A stretch of DNA of 64,000 nt from Setoptus koraiensis (GCA_048013815.1 CM106585.1:7874001-7938000); one strand, 5' to 3'; positions 51,215 to 61,916 are shown, numbered from the stretch's first letter. Program-made: numbers and translations. Notes: generated by a model from the letters alone, not told the origin.

Positions 51215-53196
51215 ATGTCGGAGCACCCTCAAGACGTCATTGAAGCTATCAAAAATATCAAAGTTAGTATAACTCACCAACACACATCATTCTATACGCT
51301 GACAAAATGAATAATTCTAGAGCTCTTTTTTGTCTAACTGTACCAATATTTTAGGTTTGGTCGGAACAACGAGAGCCAAAGCTGGTCAACGATCCTATTA
51401 CAATTCGTAGTACAGAGAGCCTCAAATCGTTCGGTGTTTTAGACTTGACACTTAACAAGTTCGAGCAACATGATCACATTGTTTACTGCGTAGAGTCAGA
51501 GACTTCGAAGCCTTTGCCATGGACGGAATTGAGTCACCTCTATAGTTGGATTTTCAAGTTTATGGAACTATTCAAAAGTTCGAGAAAAGAAATCGTGGCC
51601 TTAGATTTAATCCGTATGAACAAAGAACATCCTCTAACATTGGCCACCTACCACTTTGAAGAGGCCTTGAACATCATCAAAAACGCTGCTAGTTTCAAAA
51701 TACCTTTGGAACTTGTTCATCCCGATACAAACGGTCCCCATTATGCAGCTGATAACGTTCTCGTCGAAGAGGCTAATTCCATAGCGGATGTTATACGTGA
51801 GATACTCATCCGACTATACTCTAGATGTGTTGTCCGATTGGTCGTCAAAGCTGGTTACTTCTATTCATCAGCATTAAGTACCTTCATTGTTGATCTCATG
51901 CACCAAGCCGGTGCCACTACCACCGAAATACAAGTTTACGCCCAAGATAGAAGAGAGAGTGTTTGTAGCGGACGCCTGACAACTATGATGACACCTAACA
52001 AAAACTCGAAACTAAGTGTATTCGCAGTGGCCTTTGCCGCTACAGATCTATTTGCTGCTGTCGGTTGCATCATCGAAGGATATTTCCGAGAACAGTATCC
52101 CAATATGGTAGTGCTTGTGGAGGAAGGAGCTTACGCGAAATTCACCAAATACTGGCAACAATACTACTCTCATGCATTGCACATCGGATCGCGACTAGAT
52201 GACAAGGTCACCGTGGTTGACACTTTCAATGAAAAAGTTGCCATCGATCTAAATGCTATCGATATTCGCGAATCCCACAAGATGACTGGTAATGCCATTA
52301 ACATACTAAGATTTCGCACTGTGGATGAGTGTGTATCGTTAATTAAACACCTGAGAAAGATACCACTTATGAGTGTATGGAACGATGATGTTCTATTAAC
52401 AAGAGAATTTTGCTCACGTATAAGCCAATGCGACCAATTTTGGATCAACAACATGCCGAAGTATCATCATGCAGGTAGATTGATGGATCGTTTCTATCGT
52501 TATCACAATGCAATTGTCGCTGAAGATATGGCTGTGCTGTTCGACAAGATACATGCTCAATACCAGGAAAATATCGAGGCCCTGCAGAAGTTGCGCTTGA
52601 ATTTTATAAAGAAAGATACTTGTCTCAGAGACCGCCTCATCTTAGATGCCTACTTAAGCACGCTCCGCAAGTATAAGTCATTCAAGAATGGTTGTGCTGA
52701 TAATGAGATTATTGCCAGGATGCAAAACTTCATGAGTAGCTTCCAAACTATCAGGGATGACGGAAGAGGTAACAAATGTGTTGAGGAGATAACTACTTCG
52801 ATCGGATTGGTGATTATTCACGTGGCGGAAGAAGTAACGGTTATCAAACAGAAAATCATACTGCTAGAGATGATAATCAAGAATCTACTCTTAGGTAATG
52901 CAGTATTGGTGCATTGTCCGCCATCAACACTAGCTTCCAAGTTTTCTCTGCAAAATGACCATGTGATTCCTTTCCAGATGGTCATTGATGAAACTTTGGA
53001 TATAACATTGTCTAACCTTACGCTAGATTCCTCCTTTAGTGGACGTAAGAAGTGCCCAGCCAACACTAGTGTTGTTAAATTTGATAGTTCATTTACTACT
53101 GATCAGGTAGATGGAAAAATAAGAGCTTTGTGTTGCAAAAAGAAATCGTTATGGTTGAACACCACTAGTCGCTTTGATTATTGGTCTTCCGAATAG
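51215..53196 (+). CDS. Aldehyde-dehydrogenase-fold protein, ALDH16-like two-domain probable pseudoenzyme (~629 aa; exons 51215-51262 and 51355-53196)
   Basis: ATG at 51215 and a 92-nt phase-0 GTTAGT...TTTTAG intron join in frame with the 583-aa ORF. ALDH-like segments: AFAATDLFAAVGCIIEGYF, VVLVEEGAYAKF, ILRFRTVDECVSL...SVWNDD...FWIN, and a second-domain LLLGNAVLVH. The catalytic GQxC motif is absent. Confidence 0.6.
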
Positions 53197-53477
53197 ATCG
53201 ACCACTAAAGATATTAATAAATTTTGAGTTATTTTGCTTACTTTTACTAGATAAAGTGATAGTTTACAATTCTCAAGTGCTGCATGACAATGCTTGTATC
53301 TAAAAGATTTTCTCATCGACTGATGGTCATCGGTCAAATGTCGACTTGCCTTGACGAGTGGTGCTATTTATTGCACACGCGTTGTGTGTTTGAGCGCTCA
53401 CAAGGACGACAAGGGAACTCATTTCATTGTTGTGTTTCACTTGTTGCAATGAATCCTCTTGTCGTCCTTGTATCTGA

Positions 53478-53527
53478 GACCAGAACACCCCATATGTTGT
53501 GACCGGAACACCCCATATGTTGTGACC
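53478..53527. repeat. 23-bp tandem duplication GACCRGAACACCCCATATGTTGT x2
   Basis: Copies at 53478 and 53501, no spacer. Confidence 0.9.
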
Positions 53528-53572
53528 AGCGTGTGCATCTGAGCAAAAAAAAAAATTTTCAAAAATTCATCA

Positions 53573-53728
53573 TAGTTAAGGTACTTCCCCCCTTAACTAG
53601 CGTGGGAGTTTGGCCTTTTGGCCGACGACTCGACTCTATGAGGGACTCGTTTGGGACTTCTTCGTCCAAACCTGTAGAGGTATAACCAGAGGGTCCGCTT
53701 AACGGGAACCTGGTAGGCTTGGTGGCAC
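53573..53728. ncRNA. Candidate structured non-coding RNA (unassigned)
   Basis: At least four stems in ~155 nt of intergenic DNA (see findings). No match by eye to U1/U2/U4/U5/U6/U11/U12/U3/7SL/RNase P/MRP. Confidence 0.3.
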
Positions 53729-53964
53729 TTTCTTTGTCAGCATAACGTTAATCAGTAACAACGTTTTCGACCATTTCTAGAATACAAAGCTGAATTTCAG
53801 AAATTCCGCATGCGTTCAAATCTTGCGCCTTTAGATCTTGCCAGTCTCTCGGTATATTAACACAATAATGACTTTTCTGTTATTGAATACCGAAATTTAC
53901 ATTGTAGTTCAAGACAAAGTTGGTATTTATACATTATAATCATTGACTGACGAGAAACTCCAAC

Positions 53965-54446
53965 ATGTCAGTGATAAACAAAAGGTTCCCGCTCAGGCTC
54001 CCACGCAAGAATGGCAAAAGAGCACCAAATTTTCCCCAGGACAGCACTTTTGGAGCAATGAGAATTACTAGACTCACACCGCTCGCTCTGAAAAACAGCG
54101 TTTCTCGCGGTGGTGCGGAGGAATCCGACGTGGTTTGCATATCGGAGATGATGTCGTTATTTGAGTGTTTCTCAAAGAACGAATATGAAGCTAGCCCCTG
54201 CCAGGAATATGTCGATAAGCTGCAAAATTGCTACAGTAGTCATACGGTAAGTAACTTGACATGGTCGACCCATTCACGGTCATAATGGTCGAAACGCAAG
54301 CTAATGCTATGCAAATGTCCGATGTTTTCTACTTTCAGTCTAGAAGGAAATCAGAATCAACGGACGCCACGAGCGCAGCTAACCTTGGCACAACTAATAT
54401 CAAACGGGAACAATTGAACGCATTGCTCAAGAGATATCCGATATAG
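53965..54446 (+). CDS. CHCHD1: CHCH-domain mitoribosomal small-subunit protein mS37 (exons 53965-54246 and 54339-54446, ~129 aa)
   Basis: PLALKNSVS...VVCISEMMSLFECFSKNEYEASPCQEYVDKLQNCY (twin CX9C) and C-terminal LNALLKRYP. Phase-0 GTAAGT...TTTCAG intron. Confidence 0.85.
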
Positions 54447-54682
54447 CAATATCGGCAATATATTGAATCGGGACCATATCGTCGCGCCCAAGTGGAACAT
54501 GCATTGTTATAGTGATCAGATATACCATGAATATTATGCTTAATCCTTCAAGATAAGATAATATATTAATAGAGATGATTATAGTGTAGTTATTTATGAA
54601 ACAAATGAAACGATTTAAACACATTTTTAATAGCTAAGCTTTTCAAGGTAACGCAAGTGAGTGCGAGAATCAAGAATGTTTG

Positions 54683-55126
54683 TTATTTTTTGAGGTTTGC
54701 CTCCAATTGGTTGATTTTAGCATTAAGCTTATTGCATAAGGCTTCGGATTCAACCTCGAACGCCTTCTCTAATTCGGCCTTTTCCGCCTTAACTTTCATC
54801 AATTTCTTGGACAAATCATTTGTTAGGAATTCTTCTTCTTCCTCATACTCTAAAGCTAATGATTCCTTCTCTTGTTTGAGCCTCTGAATTCTTTTAAGCA
54901 ATGTGTTTGCTATAAATTCTTCTTCTTGCTCGGCTGTTTGCTGGATAGAAACACTTTTTTGGCGAAGTATTTTCATTTCTTCTGCCAGCGTGGCATTTTT
55001 GAGTTTCATAGACTCTAGTTCTTTTTCTAGATGAGTGAGCATGTGTTTCCGGGCAAGAACGCATTCGGGGTCTTGGCAGAGCTGACCGACAAGCTGGTTG
55101 TCGTGAATATTGTCACCTGTGGCCAT
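54683..55126 (-). CDS. CCDC6: CCDC6-like coiled-coil protein, short (147 aa)
   Basis: [56 protein letters not shown] matches the CCDC6 (DUF2046) core. It stops without an evident splice donor. Confidence 0.8.
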   Translation of the reverse strand: MATGDNIHDNQLVGQLCQDPECVLARKHMLTHLEKELESMKLKNATLAEEMKILRQKSVSIQQTAEQEEEFIANTLLKRIQRLKQEKESLALEYEEEEEFLTNDLSKKLMKVKAEKAELEKAFEVESEALCNKLNAKINQLEANLKK

Positions 55127-55503
55127 GCTAGACAGATTGACAATTTAATAATAACAGATATTTATAAATAAGATATTGTTGGATAACGTGTAGACACAGG
55201 CTATAAAATGCTACAGTGTATAAACAGTATAGGTCTAACAATGTCGGAGATTATCTATTATTTTTGCTTGATGTCCGTAGCTTCTAGTACTCAGACCAGC
55301 AACAACGAAGCAAAGCAGAGGCGGCAGTATCGGCAGGCTGCATTGTGCTGCAGGCACTTGCACTCTAAGGGAGAGCGGCTTTTGTTGTTGTTGTTGTCGT
55401 GTGTGCGTGTGTTCACATCATTGAGCGCCGCCGCCATTTTGCTGGTGCTCGGAATCCCCGCCTAAACGAAAGGACGACAAGAGAACTCACGAAAATCGTG
55501 CTC

Positions 55504-55515
55504 TGAGCATGCGCA
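55504..55515. promoter_or_regulatory. NRF1/Erect-wing-like site TGAGCATGCGCA between divergent CCDC6 and H4
   Basis: One mismatch from the TGCGCATGCGCA consensus, in a divergent promoter interval. Confidence 0.35.
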
Positions 55516-55578
55516 GTGAAAGAAAACTCACTTGTGAAGAAAACACTCATGAGATCTCTTGTTCGTCCTTCTCGGCCA

Positions 55579-55586
55579 TATAAATA
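55579..55586 (+). promoter_or_regulatory. TATA box of histone H4
   Basis: TATAAATA ~130 nt upstream of the H4 ATG, with TCAGT-type initiator-like sequences ~25-35 nt downstream. Confidence 0.6.
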
Positions 55587-55702
55587 CAAGCGGCTTTTGC
55601 TGCGGTCAGGTCAGTGTCACAAGCTCTTCCAACGAAGTACATCTGTTTACAGATTCAATTATTAATCTCATTCAATCGAACCCCACACACAAACTCAATT
55701 AA

Positions 55703-56020
<318 letters not shown>

Positions 56021-56070
56021 ACGCCCAAGCAATGATTTCAATATAATAATCACTATGCCCCCCTATCAAC

Positions 56071-56086
56071 GGCCCTTCTCAGGGCC
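56071..56086 (+). terminator. Replication-dependent histone mRNA 3' stem-loop GGCCCT-TCTC-AGGGCC
   Basis: Six-bp stem with a UYUN loop, 50 nt after the H4 stop and preceded by TCAAC. Confidence 0.9.
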
Positions 56087-56246
56087 ATATCTCAATTACA
56101 TGTGTGTATATAAGAAATTGACAATGTGACCCTCTGAAAAAGATCATTCTCTAGTTCATAAATAAACGATATCTTGCCAATACATTAATAACTCAATTTC
56201 GCTCGGTTGCCATTCCTATTTTTGTCACTACATCTCAGATTTAATT

Positions 56247-56404
56247 AGCGGGGCCCTCTTGTGAACGGTGGCGACTTAAACTACTGCCTTAACGGCGCAC
56301 TAACGTACCTCCCGTGAACATAACAGCCCGCGCTATTCGCCATTGTTTGCGACATCCTGTCAGGAAGCACCTCCTGCCCCTCTGCTTGTATGGGCTATCG
56401 CGCT
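56247..56404 (-). ncRNA. Candidate structured non-coding RNA (unassigned) between the H4 and AP2S1 3' ends
   Basis: GC-richer island with several stems. Two of them contain pairs that are G-U on the minus strand and C-A mismatches on the plus strand. Confidence 0.28.
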
Positions 56405-56551
56405 TCGATGAAAAAGAATGTAGGTGTGTTTCAATGGAGCAACTATATTCTGGCCATAATAGATATACGAATTTTATTATTTATATTATTTAAGTGAATA
56501 CATTAGAAGAAAAATAAATATAAAAAAAAATACAAATTAACATTTGAATAT

Positions 56552-57189
56552 CTACTCTAATGAGTTGTACACCATGAGTTGCTTGAGAACTTTGGTCTGA
56601 CTAGTTTCACGTATCTCTCCCGCTAGGAACATCTCATCGACAACACTGTAGACTTTGTAGAAATTGAATACCAGGTCTAGTTCACAAACATTGTGGAAAT
56701 ATTCGTTGAGAACCTCGACAAAATTGTGTATAGCCTCGAGATATGCAAGATTATTATCGTTGACATCGACACAAATGCAGAAATAGAGTCCGGCGTAACG
56801 ACGGTAAACAATCTTGAAGTTGCGAAACTGTGAGGGAGAGAGAGAAATTAAGATAGCTTTGGCATTAGATTTGCATTATTTGCAACTTTGTGAAAATAAA
56901 AGATAATTTGTGTGTTGCTGATGACTTACTTCGACAAAATTGGTATGCTTTGCGTCTCTAACCGTCACTACGGCATGAACCTCCTCTATCAATTTCTGTT
57001 TCTCGTCATCATCGAATTGCATATACCATTTGGCCAATCGTGTCTTGCCTGCCCTGTTCTGAATCAAGATGAATCTGATCTGCAATAGGAAATGGTGGAA
57101 TTGTTACGATATTAGCTAGCTGATTGCCTGTATGATATATTATTAACAAGAGAGCCAAATGATAGATATCGTCCAAGTGTACTAACCAT
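56552..57189 (-). CDS. AP2S1: AP-2 adaptor complex sigma subunit (142 aa; exons 57189-57187 ATG only, 57079-56930, 56827-56552)
   Basis: [50 protein letters not shown]|[91 protein letters not shown]. Canonical GT-AG introns; total length equals the known 142 aa. Confidence 0.97.
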
Positions 57190-57440
57190 GTTGATGTAGA
57201 TTTTTCTTTTCCAAAAATGTTGTTGATTGGTTAAGTGGCCCGGTGTTGATATAGTAGAGGCGTCGAGTCGATAATAATTTGTCTGACTAATAATGTGGGA
57301 CACTGTAAAAAGCTGATTCAATGTGGAAAATTTCAAACAACAAACATTTGGACCGCTGTTGACGTTTTGTGGGTGGTTTGTCTAGTATCTTGGCACCTGG
57401 TATGAATTATGCACAGATTTTTGTGTTCCTCTGTACTTTC

Positions 57441-57817
57441 GCAGTGCTCGACAGAGAGCACTGTGCCGCACAATATTATGTATTGTGCGGCACACACCGG
57501 GCTCACGCTCAGATAAGCGTGTGGCCCGGTGCAACGAGTGAATTGAAGACCGGGGAGTCAATGCACAATTCGTGATTGAGTCACTTGCGTGCTGGCGAAA
57601 TGTGTGCGCTGAAGAATAGTCGCAACGCCTCAAGTTGGCGACTGCACATAAAGAGGGCGCTGCCAACGACTGACCCCGCTTAACATGGATCAATGCCACA
57701 AGTGTGGCATGGACGACCATGGTGCATGGTTCGGTGGCTCTGGTTCGTTGAAAGTCCACCAGAGGCACAAAAAATAGCGCCAATCACACGACGATTGTTT
57801 CGACACATGATTGGCGC
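57441..57817 (+). ncRNA. Candidate structured non-coding RNA or structured 5' leader: array of eight hairpins
   Basis: Eight stems of 6-14 bp in 377 nt with no long coding frame (see findings). Strand is inferred from G-U pairs and a plus-strand 45-nt intron-like signal just upstream. Confidence 0.4.
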
Positions 57818-58102
57818 GAGTTACAAAGAGAAATAAATATCTTTTGCAGCGAAAAGCGTGTCAGATTCATGAATAATCAGCTGTATGTATTCACGTCATT
57901 CAATGTTTACGCGCCCACAAACGAGCACCATTTATTCTTTGTCGACAACTTCACTTCTCCGGTCACAATACTGGCCGCTGCTGCTGTTCTCGACAATCTC
58001 TTGTTATTAGATACTCTGTTATTATTCATTTACATTTACATTCAAATATTATCCATCTGAACATCCACTGGTAGCCGCCGGAGCCCCCACCCCTCCAGCA
58101 AC

Positions 58103-58807
58103 ATGTCGGAATTTATTGACTACGAGGCGGAGTTGTCCGAGGGAGAAGTAGTGAGTGATGACGAGCTGGACTTGAGTGGCGACGATCAGGACGACAAAGA
58201 ATTGGTGGCCGATGACGAGGAGGAATTTGCAAGTGACGATGAGGAACAAGTTAGAAATTTGTATCACAAACAATTGGACAATGAAGACAGAAGACAAGTG
58301 TTGATTCTCAAGGAACAGCTCGAAGAAAAGGAGATAGCCATGAATGCAAGGAGAAAAAGATTTCGCTGGCAAATGGTAGACGATATGGACAGATTGGGCA
58401 AACACGACGATATGGACGATTTTGAGGAGGGAGAAGACGACGATCCGGGCCAATCAGACGGCGACGATGACGGCGGAACGTTCGTGGCGCGACTCAGGCA
58501 ACCCACAAATGATTATATGTTTTTAGATAAAGAAACCAATTCAAATTCACAAAGCTCAACAAACTTTCCATCTGCACCAGCCACATCAGCCACTGCCCAT
58601 CCAAAATTGAATCCACTAACAACTCAGAATTCATCGGATATAAATAAATTTTTATTTCGTGATAAGGAGACAGTGGATGCCTTGTCTGCAGCAACTAATG
58701 AAAACAGGCTTTTAAGGACAACAAGAGAGGACAAAGATAGAATAGTTGAGCGTGAAATAAAACGTGTCCTACAATCCAAGAGCATATTCGACAAGTTATT
58801 CGATTGA
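58103..58807 (+). CDS. CLSPN: Claspin-like protein, C-terminal acidic region only (234 aa)
   Basis: EFIDYEAELSEGE...DDE...LYHKQLDNEDRRQVLILKEQL...RRKRFRWQMVDD matches the recalled claspin EAELSGS...DDKRQLRLYQE...RMRKFRWKNID segment. An in-frame stop lies 15 codons upstream of the ATG. Confidence 0.65.
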   Translation: MSEFIDYEAELSEGEVVSDDELDLSGDDQDDKELVADDEEEFASDDEEQVRNLYHKQLDNEDRRQVLILKEQLEEKEIAMNARRKRFRWQMVDDMDRLGKHDDMDDFEEGEDDDPGQSDGDDDGGTFVARLRQPTNDYMFLDKETNSNSQSSTNFPSAPATSATAHPKLNPLTTQNSSDINKFLFRDKETVDALSAATNENRLLRTTREDKDRIVEREIKRVLQSKSIFDKLFD

Positions 58808-59037
58808 TTTTATATATATATATACTTTATATTTATATATATATATATATATATAAATATAATGTGTCTGTGTAATGTAATATATATATCTATATATAGT
58901 AATTAGATGTTTTTAGAGAGTCAACAACACATGGAGTTACATTTTCCTAAAGTACGAATATATAAAAAAAAGTTTCATTCCCGCTAGTGTCAATTGCATC
59001 TCTGATATGTGTGTCCAAACCACTTGTTGTTGTCATG

Positions 59038-61533
59038 TTAAACCTTTTGAACCTTGTCCGCAGGTGAATTCTCTTCTGAAATAACGGATGATGATCCAGA
59101 CGACGGAGATGCAGGGGAGGAGTAGGAGGAGGACGATGAGGATGAGGATGATGATGATATTGTAGGATATAGACTCTCCTGGCCGGCAGCCACTGAAGGT
59201 GATACAGATGTGGCCTTGTTTTTGCTACTCTGAGTATTAGCAGACGATGAGCTAGATCCTGATGCCGATGATGATATGGTGCTCACAAGCAAATTGGCCA
59301 CTCGAGATATTGGATTTTGTCCACTGCTCTTGTTGTTGCTATTTGGCTTGCTAGATTGACCATCGTTTTTGTTTGATATAGTTGGCGTTTGCGAAGACGA
59401 TGATGAACTGCTGCTTGGCGAGCTGCTAGTGGCAACAGGTGGATTTGCTGCTGGTGATATAGCAGTTGATTTACCGCTACCGGCAAAACCCAGCACATTC
59501 ATGGCTGCCGAGCTCAAGCTAGACATAATAGACGATACTGTTTGATCAGTGTTGCTTTGCGAAGATGACGACGACGACGGCGACGCCGATGAAGTCGGCA
59601 ATGCAGGCGACAAAAATTTCATCTTTTTATCTACCCATTCTTGAACTTGGCCTTCAATAGATTTCCATTGGTTTGTTGCCTGCTGTTGGACACTGTTGGC
59701 CGTTCGTTTAATAGCTTCACGCCAAGTATTTGGCAATAATTGCGTCAGATCTCTTTGCTGTTGACTATTGCCGTTAGCATGATTAATAGAAGAAGACGAA
59801 CTTCTTTCTTGTTGATTATTAAGACTAGATAATAAACCGGAATTAGATGCGGCCGCAGAAGCTAATGTCATGGCTGAAAGAATTAATGGTGACGCTTTTG
59901 AGCCAGCGGCACCACTTGCAACGGTCTGGCCTGTAGTACCATGTAAAAGTAGCTGCTTAATAGAATCTTTATTTAAAAGACCACCACCAATAGATTTGCC
60001 ACTACTTGATATCAAATGATCTTGCTGTTGATGACCATTAGCACCGTTATCGTCGTTGTTAGACTGTCTCGCCATTGCCGAGGTCAGCGAACCTACTGCA
60101 TGATGTAATATATTTGACCAGGTTGAGCGACGGCCACTATTAATGCCATTGCTTGAACCACTGTCTGATTGAATGTGATCTTGCTCATTTGTATTCATGT
60201 CATTGAACATGGCGTTAAGTGGATTACTTTGGCGTCTCGTTAATACCTGATTTGAGCTCAATTCATTCGCTGATGACGATGCTGCCGCTGCCGCTGATGA
60301 TAATGATGATGAGCCCGGAGCACCGTTAAATAGGCTATTGGACGACGACGAACCGGAAGTTTGAAGATCGCCATTATGTGTTGTTCGAGAATTACCGTTG
60401 CTATCCAATACTGAATTGACCTGTTTGTTGCCATTAACAGCAGCAGCAGCATTGATGTTGTTGTTGTTGGTGCTGGTGTAATAGAGAGAATTGGTCATTT
60501 GATCCATGGAGGCCTGTGGATTTGAGCTGAATGCAGCCGCCGTTTGGGGTGGCAAATTAATCATGTGATGTTGCTGATTTGAAGGATATAAAGAGAAACT
60601 GTTCTGTTGGCTGCTCAACATGGGATTGTTGCTGTTTGAGCCGATCAAATTGTCAGTGTGCAACAATTGCGGCTGCGACTTCCTCCTTGTTCTGGTTGGT
60701 CGCCACTATATATGACAGGTTATCAGTATGAGTATAATTCAATGTTACATGTTGTAAATGAAATTGAGTGATTGATTAATTAGTAAAAGTTGTTGCATTA
60801 ATTAGTCGCTTGGGCAGTTTAATCGTCAATCAGTTTAAAATAACTGTTGAGAGTGAATTGTTAGAGGACAAAACTTACGTCGTCTGGCATGGTGGCAAAT
60901 AGCAAGTAAAGCAAAGCGGGCACAGAAAAGTCACGTATTAACTTAGATGGGGTAGTGGGCAATTTGAGGCCACCTTGTGGCGAGCGTAACATTGAGCGGA
61001 ATTCCGATGTGAACTCTCCGTAACCGTCAGCTATGCGCTTCCAAATGGGCGATCTAATTATTGAACTGACAGTGTCCGACGATGAGCCGCCTATTGAGCT
61101 ACTAGGCGATGACAAACCCGGCGCTAATGCGCCCACCATTGTGTAATGATTATTGCTAGAATCTTTGGCGCCCATTTTTGTGATGCCATAAAATGGTGCC
61201 GCATGATCTATTTGGCGCATATTATGCAATATGTTGTAAGGCACTTCAGGTATTGCATCGCTCAATGTCTTGATAAGAGTAGTTCCGCCGGAAGGAGAAG
61301 ATGACGATGATGATGACGATGTTGCCGCTTCTACTTGTTGAGTAGTTAGTGTTATTAAAATAAGTGATAACGATGACAGGACGACCGTTGTCATTTTAAG
61401 CATTTTAGTTAGTGACATTGAATTTGTTGTTGTTGCTGTCAAGTGATGATGAAAAGTTGATTGTGTAGCGAATCTATTGTCGCTGTTTCTATTTGTCAGC
61501 ACATTTAGCGAGGTCGTAGTTTGTCGTTGTCGC

Positions 61534-61587
<54 letters not shown>

Positions 61588-61916
61588 GCATTATGATAAG
61601 AAGAAGCTGATTTACATAATAAAGACGTTGATCTAGTTGAATATTTAGGTGACATATTGTTGAGTTGGCTCATTATTGAGTGCTGCTTGTTTTGGCTGTG
61701 TCTGGTGTCATCATCGATTATATCGCTGCTGTTTGCGTTGTGAGGTGTGACTGTGAGGTGATTGGCTAATTTGCATGTCGTTGTTGATGGCCTCTGATGG
61801 TGTCGGTTGACAAGTTGTTGTTGTCGTTGTTGTTGTTGTTCATTGTCACTGCTGTTGATGAGCGGGTTTTTGTTGTTTCTATTGTTACTGGTCATGTTGG
61901 CATGATGCTCTCCCAT
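59038..61916 (-). CDS. Large Ser/Asn/Ala-rich orphan protein with signal-peptide/TM-like segment (exons 61916-60879 and 60705-59038)
   Basis: Two long ORFs joined in phase 0 by GAC|GTAAGT...TATATAG|TGG (MPDD|WRPTRTRRK). The hydrophobic segment MLKMTTVVLSSLSLILITLTTQQVEA starts at ATG 61403. About 901 aa from 61916. Confidence 0.75.

Noticed and set aside
53478-53527. 23-bp direct repeats as a CRISPR-like array
   Set aside because: The copies are adjacent with no spacers, there are only two, the context is eukaryotic and no cas genes are present.
53609-53626. GGCCTTTTGGC resembling U2 snRNA stem-loop I (and TAGTATCT at ~57383 resembling the U2 branch-pairing region)
   Set aside because: The rest of the highly conserved U2 5' sequence (ATCGCTTCTC...AAGATCAAGTGTAGTATCTG) is absent at both sites.
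57733-57760. GAAAGTCCACC with GGTGGCTC as an RNase P/MRP P4 helix
   Set aside because: The two strands are in the wrong order and only ~10 nt apart, and the CR-IV/CR-V context is missing.
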